From Clostridia bacterium (lineage in GTDB: Bacteria > Bacillota > Clostridia > Oscillospirales > Acutalibacteraceae), in contig JAFVEY010000027.1 of the NCBI GenBank assembly GCA_017475765.1, positions 9,911 through 73,910 of the forward strand: a stretch of 64,000 nucleotides of DNA. The letters run 5' to 3'. Under the pieces are notes generated by a model that was given only the letters and a program-made list of their open reading frames with translations, made no database searches and was not told the DNA's origin. Below are positions 1 to 9,857 of the stretch, one piece after another (the first letter of the stretch is position 1; every line of letters starts with the position of its first letter). A program made the translations under genes and the position numbers.

Positions 1-277
1 CAAAAAATCGGAATTGTCCGACAATATAGACAGGAAAATATATGTATACGAACGGGCAAGTCAGTTTGATCTGCTTTCGGAAAATTACGAAACATTTATG
101 TGGGTATCTCCTTTGCCTGACAATATTCTGGAGAAGCATCGTCTTGTGCAGAGATCGTGTCCGGAAAACAGCAGGCAGTACAGAGATGTGCTGATCCATA
201 AAAAGGATTACAGCCTTTCGGAGCTTGATCAATACTTTATCACAGAAGTATGCGATTCAAAACGCAGGTATCTGTGA
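1..277 (+). CDS. 3' end of a gene entering from upstream of the window (hypothetical protein)
   Basis: Reading frame stays open back to position 1 with no stop. No recognisable motifs. Confidence 0.2.
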   Translation, partial: KKSELSDNIDRKIYVYERASQFDLLSENYETFMWVSPLPDNILEKHRLVQRSCPENSRQYRDVLIHKKDYSLSELDQYFITEVCDSKRRYL

Positions 278-324
278 AGAAAACACAGCAGAACATACAA
301 GTGATGTTTATTCTGAAATGAATA

Positions 325-353
325 TTGACTTTGATTTCTGCGTATGCTATAAT
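325..353 (+). promoter_or_regulatory. sigma-A type promoter (TTGACT-17-TATAAT)
   Basis: -35 TTGACT at 325-330, 17-nt spacer, -10 TATAAT at 348-353. No CDS with an RBS follows before the terminator. Confidence 0.4.
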
Positions 354-395
354 AGCCTCAGGCAAAAAGATGTGGTTGCTCCATTGCAACAAATC

Positions 396-439
396 GCCCC
401 CGTATATGTTCGCAGCATATACGGGGGCTTGTTCTTTTT
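396..439 (+). terminator. intrinsic terminator (13-bp perfect stem plus T-tract)
   Basis: gcccccgtatatg (396-408) pairs with catatacgggggc (416-428), followed by ttgttcttttt. Confidence 0.65.
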
Positions 440-948
440 GGTCGGAATTGCAATACATATACTTTTATTCAATCAAAGCGCTCATTCTTGACAGGAAAGA
501 ATTAATATGATAAGATATAGATGTAGTCATTGGGGACTAAGGAAGCCGCATATTTCTGTGGGCTTATCTGCCTTGATGACTTCATTTTATATGATCCCGT
601 CCAGGATATATGAGCACAGAGAACGAAAAAAAATATGGTCATTATTTTATCATATACTGACAAAAAATAAAAAATCTTCGGTTTCAGACATTTTATTAAA
701 AAAATATATGGATTTTTTTGAATAAATATGTTATTATTTATGATGGTTATTCCGGTTTGCGGTATGGATAAAGCATATCCGGAATAAGATGTGTTATTGT
801 ATGATCATTGGTATATTCTGCGGCATGACCGGGAAGCCGCATAAAATGCACAGCGGATTTGCAGCTGTCAGTACGGCAGCAAGTACCGTCCGCCTGCGCT
901 GATGTCCCGGTGCGGATACGCATCATTTTCATAAGGGAGTTTTAAATA

Positions 949-1539
949 ATGAATGAAAAAAGACTGATTTTTGTAACATCACCGCCTGCCTGCGGCAAAA
1001 CCAAACTTTCAAAGAAACTTGCCACCGAGATAAAACATATCGTTTATCTCGATAAGGACACGCTGATTCCGCTTTCAAAGCAGATATTCGCCGTTGCGGG
1101 GCAGCCGTATAACAGAAGCTCGGATTTCTTTGAAAAGGAGATCCGTGACTATGAATATGAGGTCATTATGGATCTTGCTTTTGAGGCTATCAAATATGAA
1201 GATCTCGTTATGGTGAATGCTCCGTTTACACAGGAAATACGTGACGATGAATATATCGCTTCTCTCAGAGCAAAGCTGAAGGAATATGACGCAAAGCTTT
1301 CAGTTGTATGGATCGTGACAGACCCGGAGGTATGTCATCAGAGAATGATCGACAGAGGCAGCGACAGAGATACATGGAAGCTGGAGCACTGGGATGAATA
1401 TCTTGCTTCGGTTAATTTCGAGATTCCTGAAAATCTCCGTGATCCAGACGATGAATACAGTCTGCTGCTCTATCATAATTCAACAGATGAAATGGCTGCT
1501 GAGTCCTTTGAAAAGCTGATGAAGGTGTTTGAGGAATAA
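949..1539 (+). CDS. P-loop NTPase / putative kinase (AAA_33 / zeta-toxin-like fold)
   Basis: Walker A motif PACGKTK near the N-terminus, about 196 aa, and an RBS GGGAG upstream. Confidence 0.5.
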   Translation: MNEKRLIFVTSPPACGKTKLSKKLATEIKHIVYLDKDTLIPLSKQIFAVAGQPYNRSSDFFEKEIRDYEYEVIMDLAFEAIKYEDLVMVNAPFTQEIRDDEYIASLRAKLKEYDAKLSVVWIVTDPEVCHQRMIDRGSDRDTWKLEHWDEYLASVNFEIPENLRDPDDEYSLLLYHNSTDEMAAESFEKLMKVFEE

Positions 1540-1618
1540 TTCGGAAATTGCGGCTTTGGTGATGTATGTACAGGCTGAAGCCGCATTATTTATCATTTGA
1601 ATGAAAGGAAAAAATATC

Positions 1619-3367
1619 ATGCTCAGAGAAAATGTTTACCGCACTAAATATTGCGGAGAGCTCAGAGAGTCCGACATAGGAACGGATGTCAGAGTGGCAG
1701 GATGGGTAGAAAATATCCGTGACCACGGCGGCGTTATGTTCCTTGATATCCGTGATCACTACGGCGTTGTTCAGGTGGTGGTTCATAATGAGGAGCTTCT
1801 CGCCAATATCAATAAGGAATGTACCGTTACCGTAAGCGGAAAGGTGACAAAGCGTGATGAGGATACCATCAACCCGAAGATCGCAACAGGTACGGTGGAG
1901 ATACACTCAGAAAATATAACAGTTCTCGGTAAGGCTCCGTCTGCTCTTCCGTTTGAGATACAGACCTCGACAGAGGTCAAGGAGGATGTGCGTCTGAAAT
2001 ACCGCTTCCTCGATCTCAGAAACAAAAGAGTGCATAACAATATCGTGATGAGAGCCGAGCTGATCTCTTTCCTCAGAAATAAAATGACGGAGCTGGGCTT
2101 CCTCGAAATTCAGACGCCGATCCTTTCATGCTCTTCTCCCGAAGGCGCAAGAGATTACCTCATTCCCAGCAGAAAGCATAAGGGAATGTTCTATGCGCTT
2201 CCGCAGGCTCCGCAGATTTTCAAGCAGCTTCTGATGGTTTCGGGATTTGATAAGTATTTTCAGATCGCTCCTTGCTTCCGTGACGAGGACGCAAGGGCAG
2301 ATCGTTCGCCGGGTGAATTCTATCAGCTTGACTTTGAAATGGCTTTTGCAGAGCAGGATGATGTTTTTGCCGTTGCCGAAGAGGTTCTTTATGCGGCATT
2401 CACAAAGTTCTCCGAAAAAGAGGTTTCAAAGCCGCCTTTCAGAAGGATTCCCTTCGCTGAGGCAATGCTGACTTACGGTTCGGATAAACCCGACCTGAGA
2501 AATCCGCTTCTTATCAAGGATATCAGCCCGATGTTCGAGGAAACGGACTTTGCTCCGTTCAGAAAGAAAACGGTGCGCAGCATCAATGTTCCGGGTGCAT
2601 CGGCTCAGTCGAAGAAGTGGTTTAAGAATATGGAAGAGTTTGCGCTTTCCATCGGAATGAAGGGTCTGGGATATGTCAAGGTTCGTGACGACCTGACGTT
2701 TGACGGTCCGATTGATAAGTTCCTCAAAGAGGGCGACAGGGAAAAGCTGATTGAGATCAACGGTTCCAGGGCAGGAGATGTGATCTACTTTATCGCAGAC
2801 AGCGCTGACGCTGCTCCGAAGCTTGCAGGACAGATCCGCACAGAGGTGGCAAAGCGCCTGAGCCTGATTGATGAAAGCCGCTTTGAGCTTTGCTTCATCA
2901 CAGACTTCCCGATGTATGAGCGTGACGAGGCAACAGGAGAGATCATCTTCACCCACAACCCGTTCTCCATGCCGCAGGGCGGTATGCAGGCACTTCTTGA
3001 AAAAGACCCGACAGAAATACTTGCCTACCAGTATGATATCGTGTGCAACGGAGTTGAATTAAGTTCCGGTGCAGTAAGAAACCACGATATTGATACGATG
3101 ATCAAGGCATTTGAAATTGCAGGCTATGACGAGGAAACGCTGAAGACAAAATTCAAGTCGCTCTATAATGCTTTCCAATACGGTGCTCCGCCTCATGCAG
3201 GAATGGCACCCGGACTGGACAGAATGCTCATGCTTCTTGCCGAAGAAGAAAATATCAGAGAAGTCATTGCTTTCCCGATGAACAGCAATGCACAGGATCT
3301 GCTTCTGGGTTCTCCGACAGAGGTAACAGAGCAGCAGCTTCGTGAAGTACACATCAAGATCAGATGA
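1619..3367 (+). CDS. aspS: aspartate--tRNA ligase
   Basis: N-terminal anticodon-binding OB fold (YCGELR, FLDIRD..GVVQVV), class II motifs (FYALPQSPQ-like, QLDFEMAF, GLDRMLML). Start taken at ATG 1619 with RBS aaagga; the ATG at 1601 is also possible. Confidence 0.9.
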   Translation: MLRENVYRTKYCGELRESDIGTDVRVAGWVENIRDHGGVMFLDIRDHYGVVQVVVHNEELLANINKECTVTVSGKVTKRDEDTINPKIATGTVEIHSENITVLGKAPSALPFEIQTSTEVKEDVRLKYRFLDLRNKRVHNNIVMRAELISFLRNKMTELGFLEIQTPILSCSSPEGARDYLIPSRKHKGMFYALPQAPQIFKQLLMVSGFDKYFQIAPCFRDEDARADRSPGEFYQLDFEMAFAEQDDVFAVAEEVLYAAFTKFSEKEVSKPPFRRIPFAEAMLTYGSDKPDLRNPLLIKDISPMFEETDFAPFRKKTVRSINVPGASAQSKKWFKNMEEFALSIGMKGLGYVKVRDDLTFDGPIDKFLKEGDREKLIEINGSRAGDVIYFIADSADAAPKLAGQIRTEVAKRLSLIDESRFELCFITDFPMYERDEATGEIIFTHNPFSMPQGGMQALLEKDPTEILAYQYDIVCNGVELSSGAVRNHDIDTMIKAFEIAGYDEETLKTKFKSLYNAFQYGAPPHAGMAPGLDRMLMLLAEEENIREVIAFPMNSNAQDLLLGSPTEVTEQQLREVHIKIR

Positions 3368-3436
3368 TCGGAACTCAAGGGGACGGGATGTACTGCTTTA
3401 TGAAATCCTTGATACCTGACGGCGGAGGAATTCCCT

Positions 3437-4306
3437 ATGCACTATAAAGAAGTGAAAGGAATTCTTTCCGCTGATGGTGGGATGAATCTTTATAGAGGAT
3501 GTACACACGGATGTATATACTGCGATGCTCGCAGCAAATGCTACCGGATGGAGCATGACTTTGAGGATATTGAAGTCAAATCCAATGCTGTTGTGCTGCT
3601 GGAAAGAGCGCTGCGGGGAAAACGCAGAAAATGTATGATAGGAACGGGCGCTATGAGTGACCCGTATATACACCTTGAAGAAAAGCTGCAAAATACAAGA
3701 AAATGTCTTGAAATCATCAACAGATACGGCTTCGGACTTTCGATACAGACGAAATCAACAAGGATTCTCCGTGACCTTGATTTGCTGAAAAGTATCAATG
3801 AAAAGTCCAAATGCGTTGTCCAGATGACAATGACAACCTATGATGAGGATTTATGCAGAGTGCTTGAACCGAATGTTTCATCCACGAAGGAACGGTTTGA
3901 AGCACTAAAAATATTTCGTGACAGCGGCATACCGACAATTGTATGGCTTAGTCCGATTCTTCCGTTCATCAATGATACGGAGGAAAATATCAAGGGAATA
4001 CTTTCATATTGTATTGAAGCAGAAGTCAGGGGAATTATGTGCTTCGGAATGGGTATGACGCTCAGAGAAGGAAACAGAGAATATTTTTATAAAAAGCTTG
4101 ATGAACACTTTCCCGGTATGAAATACAGGTATATAAGAAGATATGGAAATTCTTATGAATTAGCAAGTGATAATAATATTGAGCTTATGAGGCTTTTAGC
4201 TGACGAATGCAGAAAGCATAATATTATGTCCGGCAGAGACCGGATATTCAGATATCTGCATGAATTTCCCAAAGAGGAAGAGATGCAGATGTCATTTTTT
4301 GATTGA
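3437..4306 (+). CDS. radical SAM protein, COG1533 / spore-photoproduct-lyase-like family
   Basis: CTHGCIYC = CxxxCxxC cluster near the N-terminus, and family-typical size of 289 aa. Confidence 0.65.
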   Translation: MHYKEVKGILSADGGMNLYRGCTHGCIYCDARSKCYRMEHDFEDIEVKSNAVVLLERALRGKRRKCMIGTGAMSDPYIHLEEKLQNTRKCLEIINRYGFGLSIQTKSTRILRDLDLLKSINEKSKCVVQMTMTTYDEDLCRVLEPNVSSTKERFEALKIFRDSGIPTIVWLSPILPFINDTEENIKGILSYCIEAEVRGIMCFGMGMTLREGNREYFYKKLDEHFPGMKYRYIRRYGNSYELASDNNIELMRLLADECRKHNIMSGRDRIFRYLHEFPKEEEMQMSFFD

Positions 4307-4398
4307 TTTATTCAGAGAAGATATCTTTGTAGTGAAAAAGAACGGTGCAGTTTCGTGGATGATGTGCGAATTTCCTAAGGAAATTATTATAGGAGAGG

Positions 4399-6294
4399 AT
4401 GAAATTGAATTATACTGCAAAAAAATTATTATCGCTGCTTCTGGCGGTCATGATGCTTGTAGGCTTCTGTTTTTCTGTTAATGCGGAAGACGGCAGCGGA
4501 TATAATGAAGACGGTAAAATGAATCTGGATGTGATGTTTGTATTGGATGCCAGCGGCTCTATGCTGTATTCGGATCCTAACAGAATAGCGTTAGACGCAT
4601 TTAACCTGTATGTGGATCTGTGTGACGAATCATGCGGTGCAGGCTATGCTGTATATACCGAAAAGATCATTGCATCAAGTCCGGTCGTCAGCCTGAGCAA
4701 TAAAAAGAATCTGGAAAGCATGAAGCAAAAGATATCGGACATTAATTATGATCCGAACGGCGATACGGATATTGCGCTCGGTCTGACAAAGGCAATGAAC
4801 CTTTTTGCAGAGCAGAAATCATCCGACGCCAACAGAAAAAAAGCTATCATCCTGTTAAGTGACGGTAATACGCATCTTCTCAATGGACCGAGAACGGTGG
4901 CAGATTCACAGAAGGAAATGGAATCCACGCTGAAATCCCTGAACGAGAAAAATATTCCTGTCTATTCTATCGGTCTGAACTATGACGGCACTCTCGATAA
5001 AAAGGAAATCGAGAAAATTTCCAAACAGACCAACGGCAAATCCTATGAAACCAACACATCCGACAGACTGACATCCATTATATCGGATATCTTCAGCGAT
5101 ATCTATAAAATTGATGGTACAGAGCTGGATATCATCAAAGGCAATGTTGATATCAAAATAAAGGATAACAGCGTTTTTTATGTAAATATTATCATCAAAA
5201 GTAATTTCACCACGGCAGAGCTGAATCCGGTGCTTACCTCCCCGAAAAGGGAAGAGGTGTCGCTGACAGACAATGACAATGTCAAAGTGACATCAACGGC
5301 AAGCTATACGCTGATCAAGCTGATATATCCCGAAAGCGGAAAATGGAGACTGCACCTTGACAATGCGACAAGCGATAACTGTCAGATAACACAGCTCGAT
5401 TTTTATTCAGTTTATATCAAGCAGACAGTTGACAAAAGCTCCTCTGTCGGTAAAATGGTGACGATAGAGGCATCACTCAATGACAGTAACGGCATTGTCA
5501 GAGACGAGGATCTGCTGAAAACGATCACTATGACCTCGACCGTCAGCGGTAAAAACGGCGATAAGGAAGTCGTTCTTACAAGAGAACCGGACGGCAGATT
5601 TACCGGAAAATTCACGGTGGATGAAGAGGGAGATTATACCGTCAAAACAATCGCAAGCTCCGAGAAGTTTGAAAAAGAAAGTGAAGTCGCAAAGATAAAG
5701 ATCAGTCCCCTGACAGATGAAGAAAGTATCACAGAGCAGTCGGAGCTGGAACCGTCTGAGGATGATAGCGCATACTTTTTCAAAACATTGGCAACCATCC
5801 TGATCATTGCGCTTATTGCGGTTATGGCGATTGTTGTTGTGGTTGTCGTGATTTTGGTGATACGTGCAAAGCTCAAGGACAAAGTGCAGGTCAATGTCAG
5901 GGCTTCTGCACCGCCGCCTCCTCCGCCTCCGAAACCGGAGCCGCCGAGACCGAGACCGCAGCCGATGCCGCAGCCGCCTGTAAAACCGCAGCCGCCTGCA
6001 AAGCCGCCGGAGTATGTGGATATTCCGCTTGTGGAGCACGGAGATCTTGAATCTCTGATCAAAAAGGGTTCGGATGACGCATTCGATGCAAAACCGGAAG
6101 ACTATGAGGCAGACGCTTCATTGGAAGCGATTATCAAGAAAGGCTCGGAGGATCCGTTCCATGCCGATGCCGACAGCTATGAGGTGGATCCGGCGCTTGC
6201 TGCCCTTATCAAGACAGGCGGCGAGAATCTGGGAGATAAAATCCAGCCCGAAAAAAAGGAACCGTCCACAGATGAGGATGACGGTGAAGAATGA
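4399..6294 (+). CDS. von Willebrand factor A (VWA) domain membrane protein with proline-rich and acidic-repeat cytoplasmic tail
   Basis: Signal peptide, MIDAS motif DVMFVLDASGSM, a beta-rich middle region, one TM helix (ILIIALIAVMAIVVVVVVILVI), then PPPPPPPKPEPPRPRPQP... and three acidic repeats. The start could be TTG 4405, which has better SD spacing. Confidence 0.7.
   Translation: MKLNYTAKKLLSLLLAVMMLVGFCFSVNAEDGSGYNEDGKMNLDVMFVLDASGSMLYSDPNRIALDAFNLYVDLCDESCGAGYAVYTEKIIASSPVVSLSNKKNLESMKQKISDINYDPNGDTDIALGLTKAMNLFAEQKSSDANRKKAIILLSDGNTHLLNGPRTVADSQKEMESTLKSLNEKNIPVYSIGLNYDGTLDKKEIEKISKQTNGKSYETNTSDRLTSIISDIFSDIYKIDGTELDIIKGNVDIKIKDNSVFYVNIIIKSNFTTAELNPVLTSPKREEVSLTDNDNVKVTSTASYTLIKLIYPESGKWRLHLDNATSDNCQITQLDFYSVYIKQTVDKSSSVGKMVTIEASLNDSNGIVRDEDLLKTITMTSTVSGKNGDKEVVLTREPDGRFTGKFTVDEEGDYTVKTIASSEKFEKESEVAKIKISPLTDEESITEQSELEPSEDDSAYFFKTLATILIIALIAVMAIVVVVVVILVIRAKLKDKVQVNVRASAPPPPPPPKPEPPRPRPQPMPQPPVKPQPPAKPPEYVDIPLVEHGDLESLIKKGSDDAFDAKPEDYEADASLEAIIKKGSEDPFHADADSYEVDPALAALIKTGGENLGDKIQPEKKEPSTDEDDGEE
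6050..6240 (+). repeat. three imperfect tandem ~63-bp coding repeats (LIKKGSxDxFxAxxxxYExD) inside the VWA gene
   Basis: Repeats read directly from the translation ESLIKKGSDDAFDAKPEDYEAD / AIIKKGSEDPFHADADSYEVD / ALIKTGGENLGD. Confidence 0.5.
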
Positions 6295-6344
6295 CAGGAA
6301 ATGGTTATACAGTCAGATTATGATGATCATAAGGGGGAAACAGT

Positions 6345-6626
6345 ATGGTAACAAAAGAAGAAGTCATGAAAATAGCAATTCTTTCCAAGCTGTTTGTGGC
6401 AGAGGATGAAATTGATAAGCTGACAAAGGATATGGGCGAGATCATATCCTTTGCCGACACCATTAACAATGCAGCTGACGAGGGCAGCAAATTTGATAAT
6501 ATCAACAATCTTTCCAATGTTCTTCGTGAGGATGAAGTGGTGCCTTCTCTTGACAGGGAAAAAATCCTTCAGAACGCAAAGGACAGCGACGACGGCTGTT
6601 TCATGGTCAAGAATATAATGAAATGA
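6345..6626 (+). CDS. gatC: Asp-tRNA(Asn)/Glu-tRNA(Gln) amidotransferase subunit C
   Basis: 93 aa, a GatC-like sequence, and position immediately 5' of gatA and gatB. Confidence 0.85.
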   Translation: MVTKEEVMKIAILSKLFVAEDEIDKLTKDMGEIISFADTINNAADEGSKFDNINNLSNVLREDEVVPSLDREKILQNAKDSDDGCFMVKNIMK

Positions 6627-6630
6627 CAGG

Positions 6631-8100
6631 GTGAATAGAATGAGTGAAAGCAAAATCGTACAGCTGCATGAAAGCCTTGTGAAAAAGGAAATATCATGCA
6701 GAGAGCTGACAGAAAAGTATATCGGAGCCATCGAAAAAGATAATGCCGAGCTGAATGCTTATGTTACCGTGACGGCAGACGAGGCGCTGAAAACGGCTGA
6801 AGCAGTGGATAAGAAAATTGCGTCAGGGGAGGAAATCGCTCTTCTGGAAGGTATTCCGATGACACTAAAGGATAATATTTCAACGGACGGAATCCGCACC
6901 ACCTGCTGCTCGAAAATTCTGGAGGATTATGTTCCGATCTATGATGCGACTGTCTGGGACATACTCAAAAAGCAGAATGCCGTGCTTCTCGGCAAAACCA
7001 ATATGGATGAATTTGCAATGGGTTCTTCCTGCGAAACCTCGTATTTCGGCGGAGCAAAAAATCCGCACAATACAGGCCATGTTGCCGGAGGAAGTTCGGG
7101 AGGCGTTGCTTCGGCTGTCGGCGGAAATATCGCTGTCTACGGTCTTGGCTCGGATACGGGAGGATCTATCCGTCAGCCTGCCAGCTTCTGCGGTATTGTC
7201 GGTCTGAAGCCGACCTACGGTGCAGTTTCAAGATTCGGTCTGATCGCCTATGCTTCAAGTTTGGATCAGATCGGTCCGATAACGACCAATGTGGAAGATG
7301 CGGCGATCGTTTTTGATGCGATTGCTCAGTATGATAAAATGGATTCGACTTCAAGGGGCAGACAGGGATCGCCTGTATATGACAGCCTTAAAAATGATAT
7401 TAAGGGCATGAAAATAGGCATTGCAAAGGAATATCTTGAGGGAATCAGAGATGATGTCAGACAGGCAGTGGAGGATGCAGCGAAGGTTTATCAGTCTTTG
7501 GGTGCGGAAATTGTGTATTTTGATCTGCCCTCTCTGAAATATGCCCTTCCTGTGTACTATATCATTGCTTGTGCGGAGGCTTCCTCCAATCTCGGAAGAT
7601 ATGACGGCATACGCTACGGCTATAAAGCCGAAAATTATAAAGACCTGAATGATATGGTCAAGAAAACAAGAAGCACAGGCTTCGGTGAAGAGGTGAAGAG
7701 GAGAATTCTTCTCGGTACTTATGTGCTGAGTTCGGGTTATTATGACGCTTACTACAAAAAGGCTCAGAATCTCAGAGGAACGATCGTAAAGGCATTCAAG
7801 GACGCTTTTGAAAGCTGTGATGTGATCCTCGCTCCGACTGTGCCGATGACAGCTTTCGAGAACGGTCATGCCGTCAGCGACCCCGTTGAAACCTACCTGA
7901 CGGATATATGCACAGTACCGGTCAATATCTGCGGACTGCCGGGCGTTTCTGTTCCCTGCGGCTTTAATGCAAAGGGAATGCCGATAGGTATGCAGCTGAT
8001 CGGAAACACCTTCGGTGAAGCAAAGATCCTGAATGCGGCATGGCAATATGAAAATGCCGCCAATCAGTTCAGAGCCGCCGGGTTCGGCGTAAAACTTTGA
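6631..8100 (+). CDS. gatA: Asp-tRNA(Asn)/Glu-tRNA(Gln) amidotransferase subunit A
   Basis: Amidase signature GGSSGGVASAVGG...GSDTGGSIRQPA, 489 aa. Confidence 0.9.
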   Translation: MNRMSESKIVQLHESLVKKEISCRELTEKYIGAIEKDNAELNAYVTVTADEALKTAEAVDKKIASGEEIALLEGIPMTLKDNISTDGIRTTCCSKILEDYVPIYDATVWDILKKQNAVLLGKTNMDEFAMGSSCETSYFGGAKNPHNTGHVAGGSSGGVASAVGGNIAVYGLGSDTGGSIRQPASFCGIVGLKPTYGAVSRFGLIAYASSLDQIGPITTNVEDAAIVFDAIAQYDKMDSTSRGRQGSPVYDSLKNDIKGMKIGIAKEYLEGIRDDVRQAVEDAAKVYQSLGAEIVYFDLPSLKYALPVYYIIACAEASSNLGRYDGIRYGYKAENYKDLNDMVKKTRSTGFGEEVKRRILLGTYVLSSGYYDAYYKKAQNLRGTIVKAFKDAFESCDVILAPTVPMTAFENGHAVSDPVETYLTDICTVPVNICGLPGVSVPCGFNAKGMPIGMQLIGNTFGEAKILNAAWQYENAANQFRAAGFGVKL

Positions 8101-8119
8101 AACAGGGGAGGAAATAACA

Positions 8120-9535
8120 ATGAAATATGAATTGGTTGCAGGCTTTGAAACTCATGTGGAGCTTGCTACAAATACAAAGATTTTCTGCTCCTGTACGACA
8201 GCGTTCGGCGGAGAGCCTAACACACATTGCTGCCCGATCTGTATCGGTCTGCCCGGAACTCTTCCGAAGCTGAACAAAAGGGTAGTGGAATATGCCATCC
8301 GTGCCGGTCTTGCTACCAACTGCGAGATTGCAGAAATATCGAAGATGGACAGAAAAAATTACTGCTATCCCGACCTCCCAAAGGCATATCAGATCTCCCA
8401 GTATGACAAGCCACTTTGTGAGCATGGCTATATTCAGCTTTCTAACGGCAGAAAAATACGTATCCTCAGAATTCATATCGAAGAGGATGCAGGAAAGCTC
8501 GTTCACCGCAGAGGAGATACGCTGGTGGATTATAACAGGGGCGGCGTTCCGTTGATTGAGATCGTAACGGAGCCTGATTTCAGAAGCGTTGATGAAGCAA
8601 AGGAATATGTCGAAAAATTGCAGACGATCATGAGATATATCGGCGTTTCCGACTGTAAAATGCAGGAAGGCTCCATGCGCTGCGATGTCAATATTTCCGT
8701 TCGTCCCGAAGGCAGCGAAAAGCTCGGAACAAGAACCGAGATAAAGAATATGAACTCGATCACCTTTATCGCAAAAGCAATGGAATATGAGTTTGCAAGA
8801 CAAGTAGATCTGATCGAAAGCGGCGAAAAGGTGATTCAGGAAACGCTGCGCTATGACGATGTTACCAATACAACGTCAAGTATGAGAGGAAAAGAGGACG
8901 CTAACGATTACCGCTATTTCCGTGACCCCGACCTTGTCACCATTCATGTTCCGGGAGAGCTTGTCGAAAAGGTCAGGGAAGAGCTTCCCGAACTGCCCGA
9001 AGCAAAGAAGGAACGCTATATCAGCGAGCTGGGACTGCCTGAATCGGACGCATTGCTTCTGACGAAGTACAGAAAAATTGCCGAATATTTTGAAAAAGCG
9101 ATTGAAGGTACAAAGACTCCGAAAACGGCTGCCAACTTTATTATCGGTCAGATTTTCCGTTCGGTGGAGACAGAATCTGAAAAGGAAGAGTTTGATGTTA
9201 GTGTTTCTGCCGAAAACCTGAACGAGTTGATAAAGCTGCTGGACAGCGGCAAGATCAGGATGAATCTTGCCAAATCAACGCTTGACAAAATGCTTGAAAC
9301 AGGCAAAAAGGCAACAGAGCTGATCAGCGAAAGCGATATGGGCGGACTGGATGAAAACGCTCTTAACGATCTGTGCAGACAGGCGGTGGAAGCTAATCCG
9401 AAGGCTGTCAGCGACTATCTTGCCGGCAAAGAAAAAGCTGTCAAGGCAATGGTTGGCTTTGTGATGAAAAACAGCAGAGGAAAGGCTGATGCTGCCCTTG
9501 CCGAGCAGAAAATTATTGAGCTGATCAAAAAGTAA
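8120..9535 (+). CDS. gatB: Asp-tRNA(Asn)/Glu-tRNA(Gln) amidotransferase subunit B
   Basis: GatB N-terminus (GFETHVELATNTKIFCSC) and a C-terminal GatB/YqeY domain. Confidence 0.9.
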   Translation: MKYELVAGFETHVELATNTKIFCSCTTAFGGEPNTHCCPICIGLPGTLPKLNKRVVEYAIRAGLATNCEIAEISKMDRKNYCYPDLPKAYQISQYDKPLCEHGYIQLSNGRKIRILRIHIEEDAGKLVHRRGDTLVDYNRGGVPLIEIVTEPDFRSVDEAKEYVEKLQTIMRYIGVSDCKMQEGSMRCDVNISVRPEGSEKLGTRTEIKNMNSITFIAKAMEYEFARQVDLIESGEKVIQETLRYDDVTNTTSSMRGKEDANDYRYFRDPDLVTIHVPGELVEKVREELPELPEAKKERYISELGLPESDALLLTKYRKIAEYFEKAIEGTKTPKTAANFIIGQIFRSVETESEKEEFDVSVSAENLNELIKLLDSGKIRMNLAKSTLDKMLETGKKATELISESDMGGLDENALNDLCRQAVEANPKAVSDYLAGKEKAVKAMVGFVMKNSRGKADAALAEQKIIELIKK

Positions 9536-9540
9536 GAAAA

Positions 9541-9590
9541 TGTTCCCGGAAGCCGGATCTTTGGTCGGACTTTCGGGAAATGTTTTTTTG
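9541..9590 (+). terminator. putative intrinsic terminator after gatB
   Basis: Imperfect hairpin ttcccgga...ttcgggaa followed by T7 at 9583-9589. Confidence 0.4.
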
Positions 9591-9647
9591 TTGTATTTGT
9601 GTGTATAAATTTTATGGTTATATTATTGTGAGAGTAAAAAATAATGC

Positions 9648-9677
9648 TTGACAACGGCGGATTGGCTATGTTATAAT
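9648..9677 (+). promoter_or_regulatory. str operon promoter (TTGACA-18-TATAAT)
   Basis: -35 TTGACA at 9648-9653 and -10 TATAAT at 9672-9677, with a ~180-nt leader before rpsL. Confidence 0.6.
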
Positions 9678-9857
9678 ACGAAATTGTAGGCAAGAAGCCT
9701 GAATAAAACCGGTTTACCGTCAAAAAGTACAAAATTCCTGTGATAATGGGAATAACTACGGTGGACTTGTATAATGTGCTGTTTATCGGGCATATTCCAT
9801 ATAGCCCGCTGAACATAAATTTTTAATTTTTATTCATCATGTAAGGAGGTGCGAAGA

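Noticed and set aside
507-725. 72-aa plus-strand ORF in the AT-rich region before the kinase gene
   Set aside because: It has no RBS and its composition is typical of a non-coding AT-rich spacer.
5473-6062. Minus-strand ORFs of 142-188 aa (Arg/Gly-rich)
   Set aside because: They are the reverse complement of the proline-rich/acidic repeat coding tail of the VWA gene. The open frames arise from low-complexity bias.
7351-8803. Minus-strand ORFs of 231 and 244 aa
   Set aside because: They overlap gatA and gatB, which carry unambiguous amidase and GatB signatures.
9678-9857. Long rpsL leader considered as a possible riboswitch
   Set aside because: Only short local hairpins were seen and no known riboswitch consensus. 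It is most likely the usual str-operon leader. It is left unassigned.
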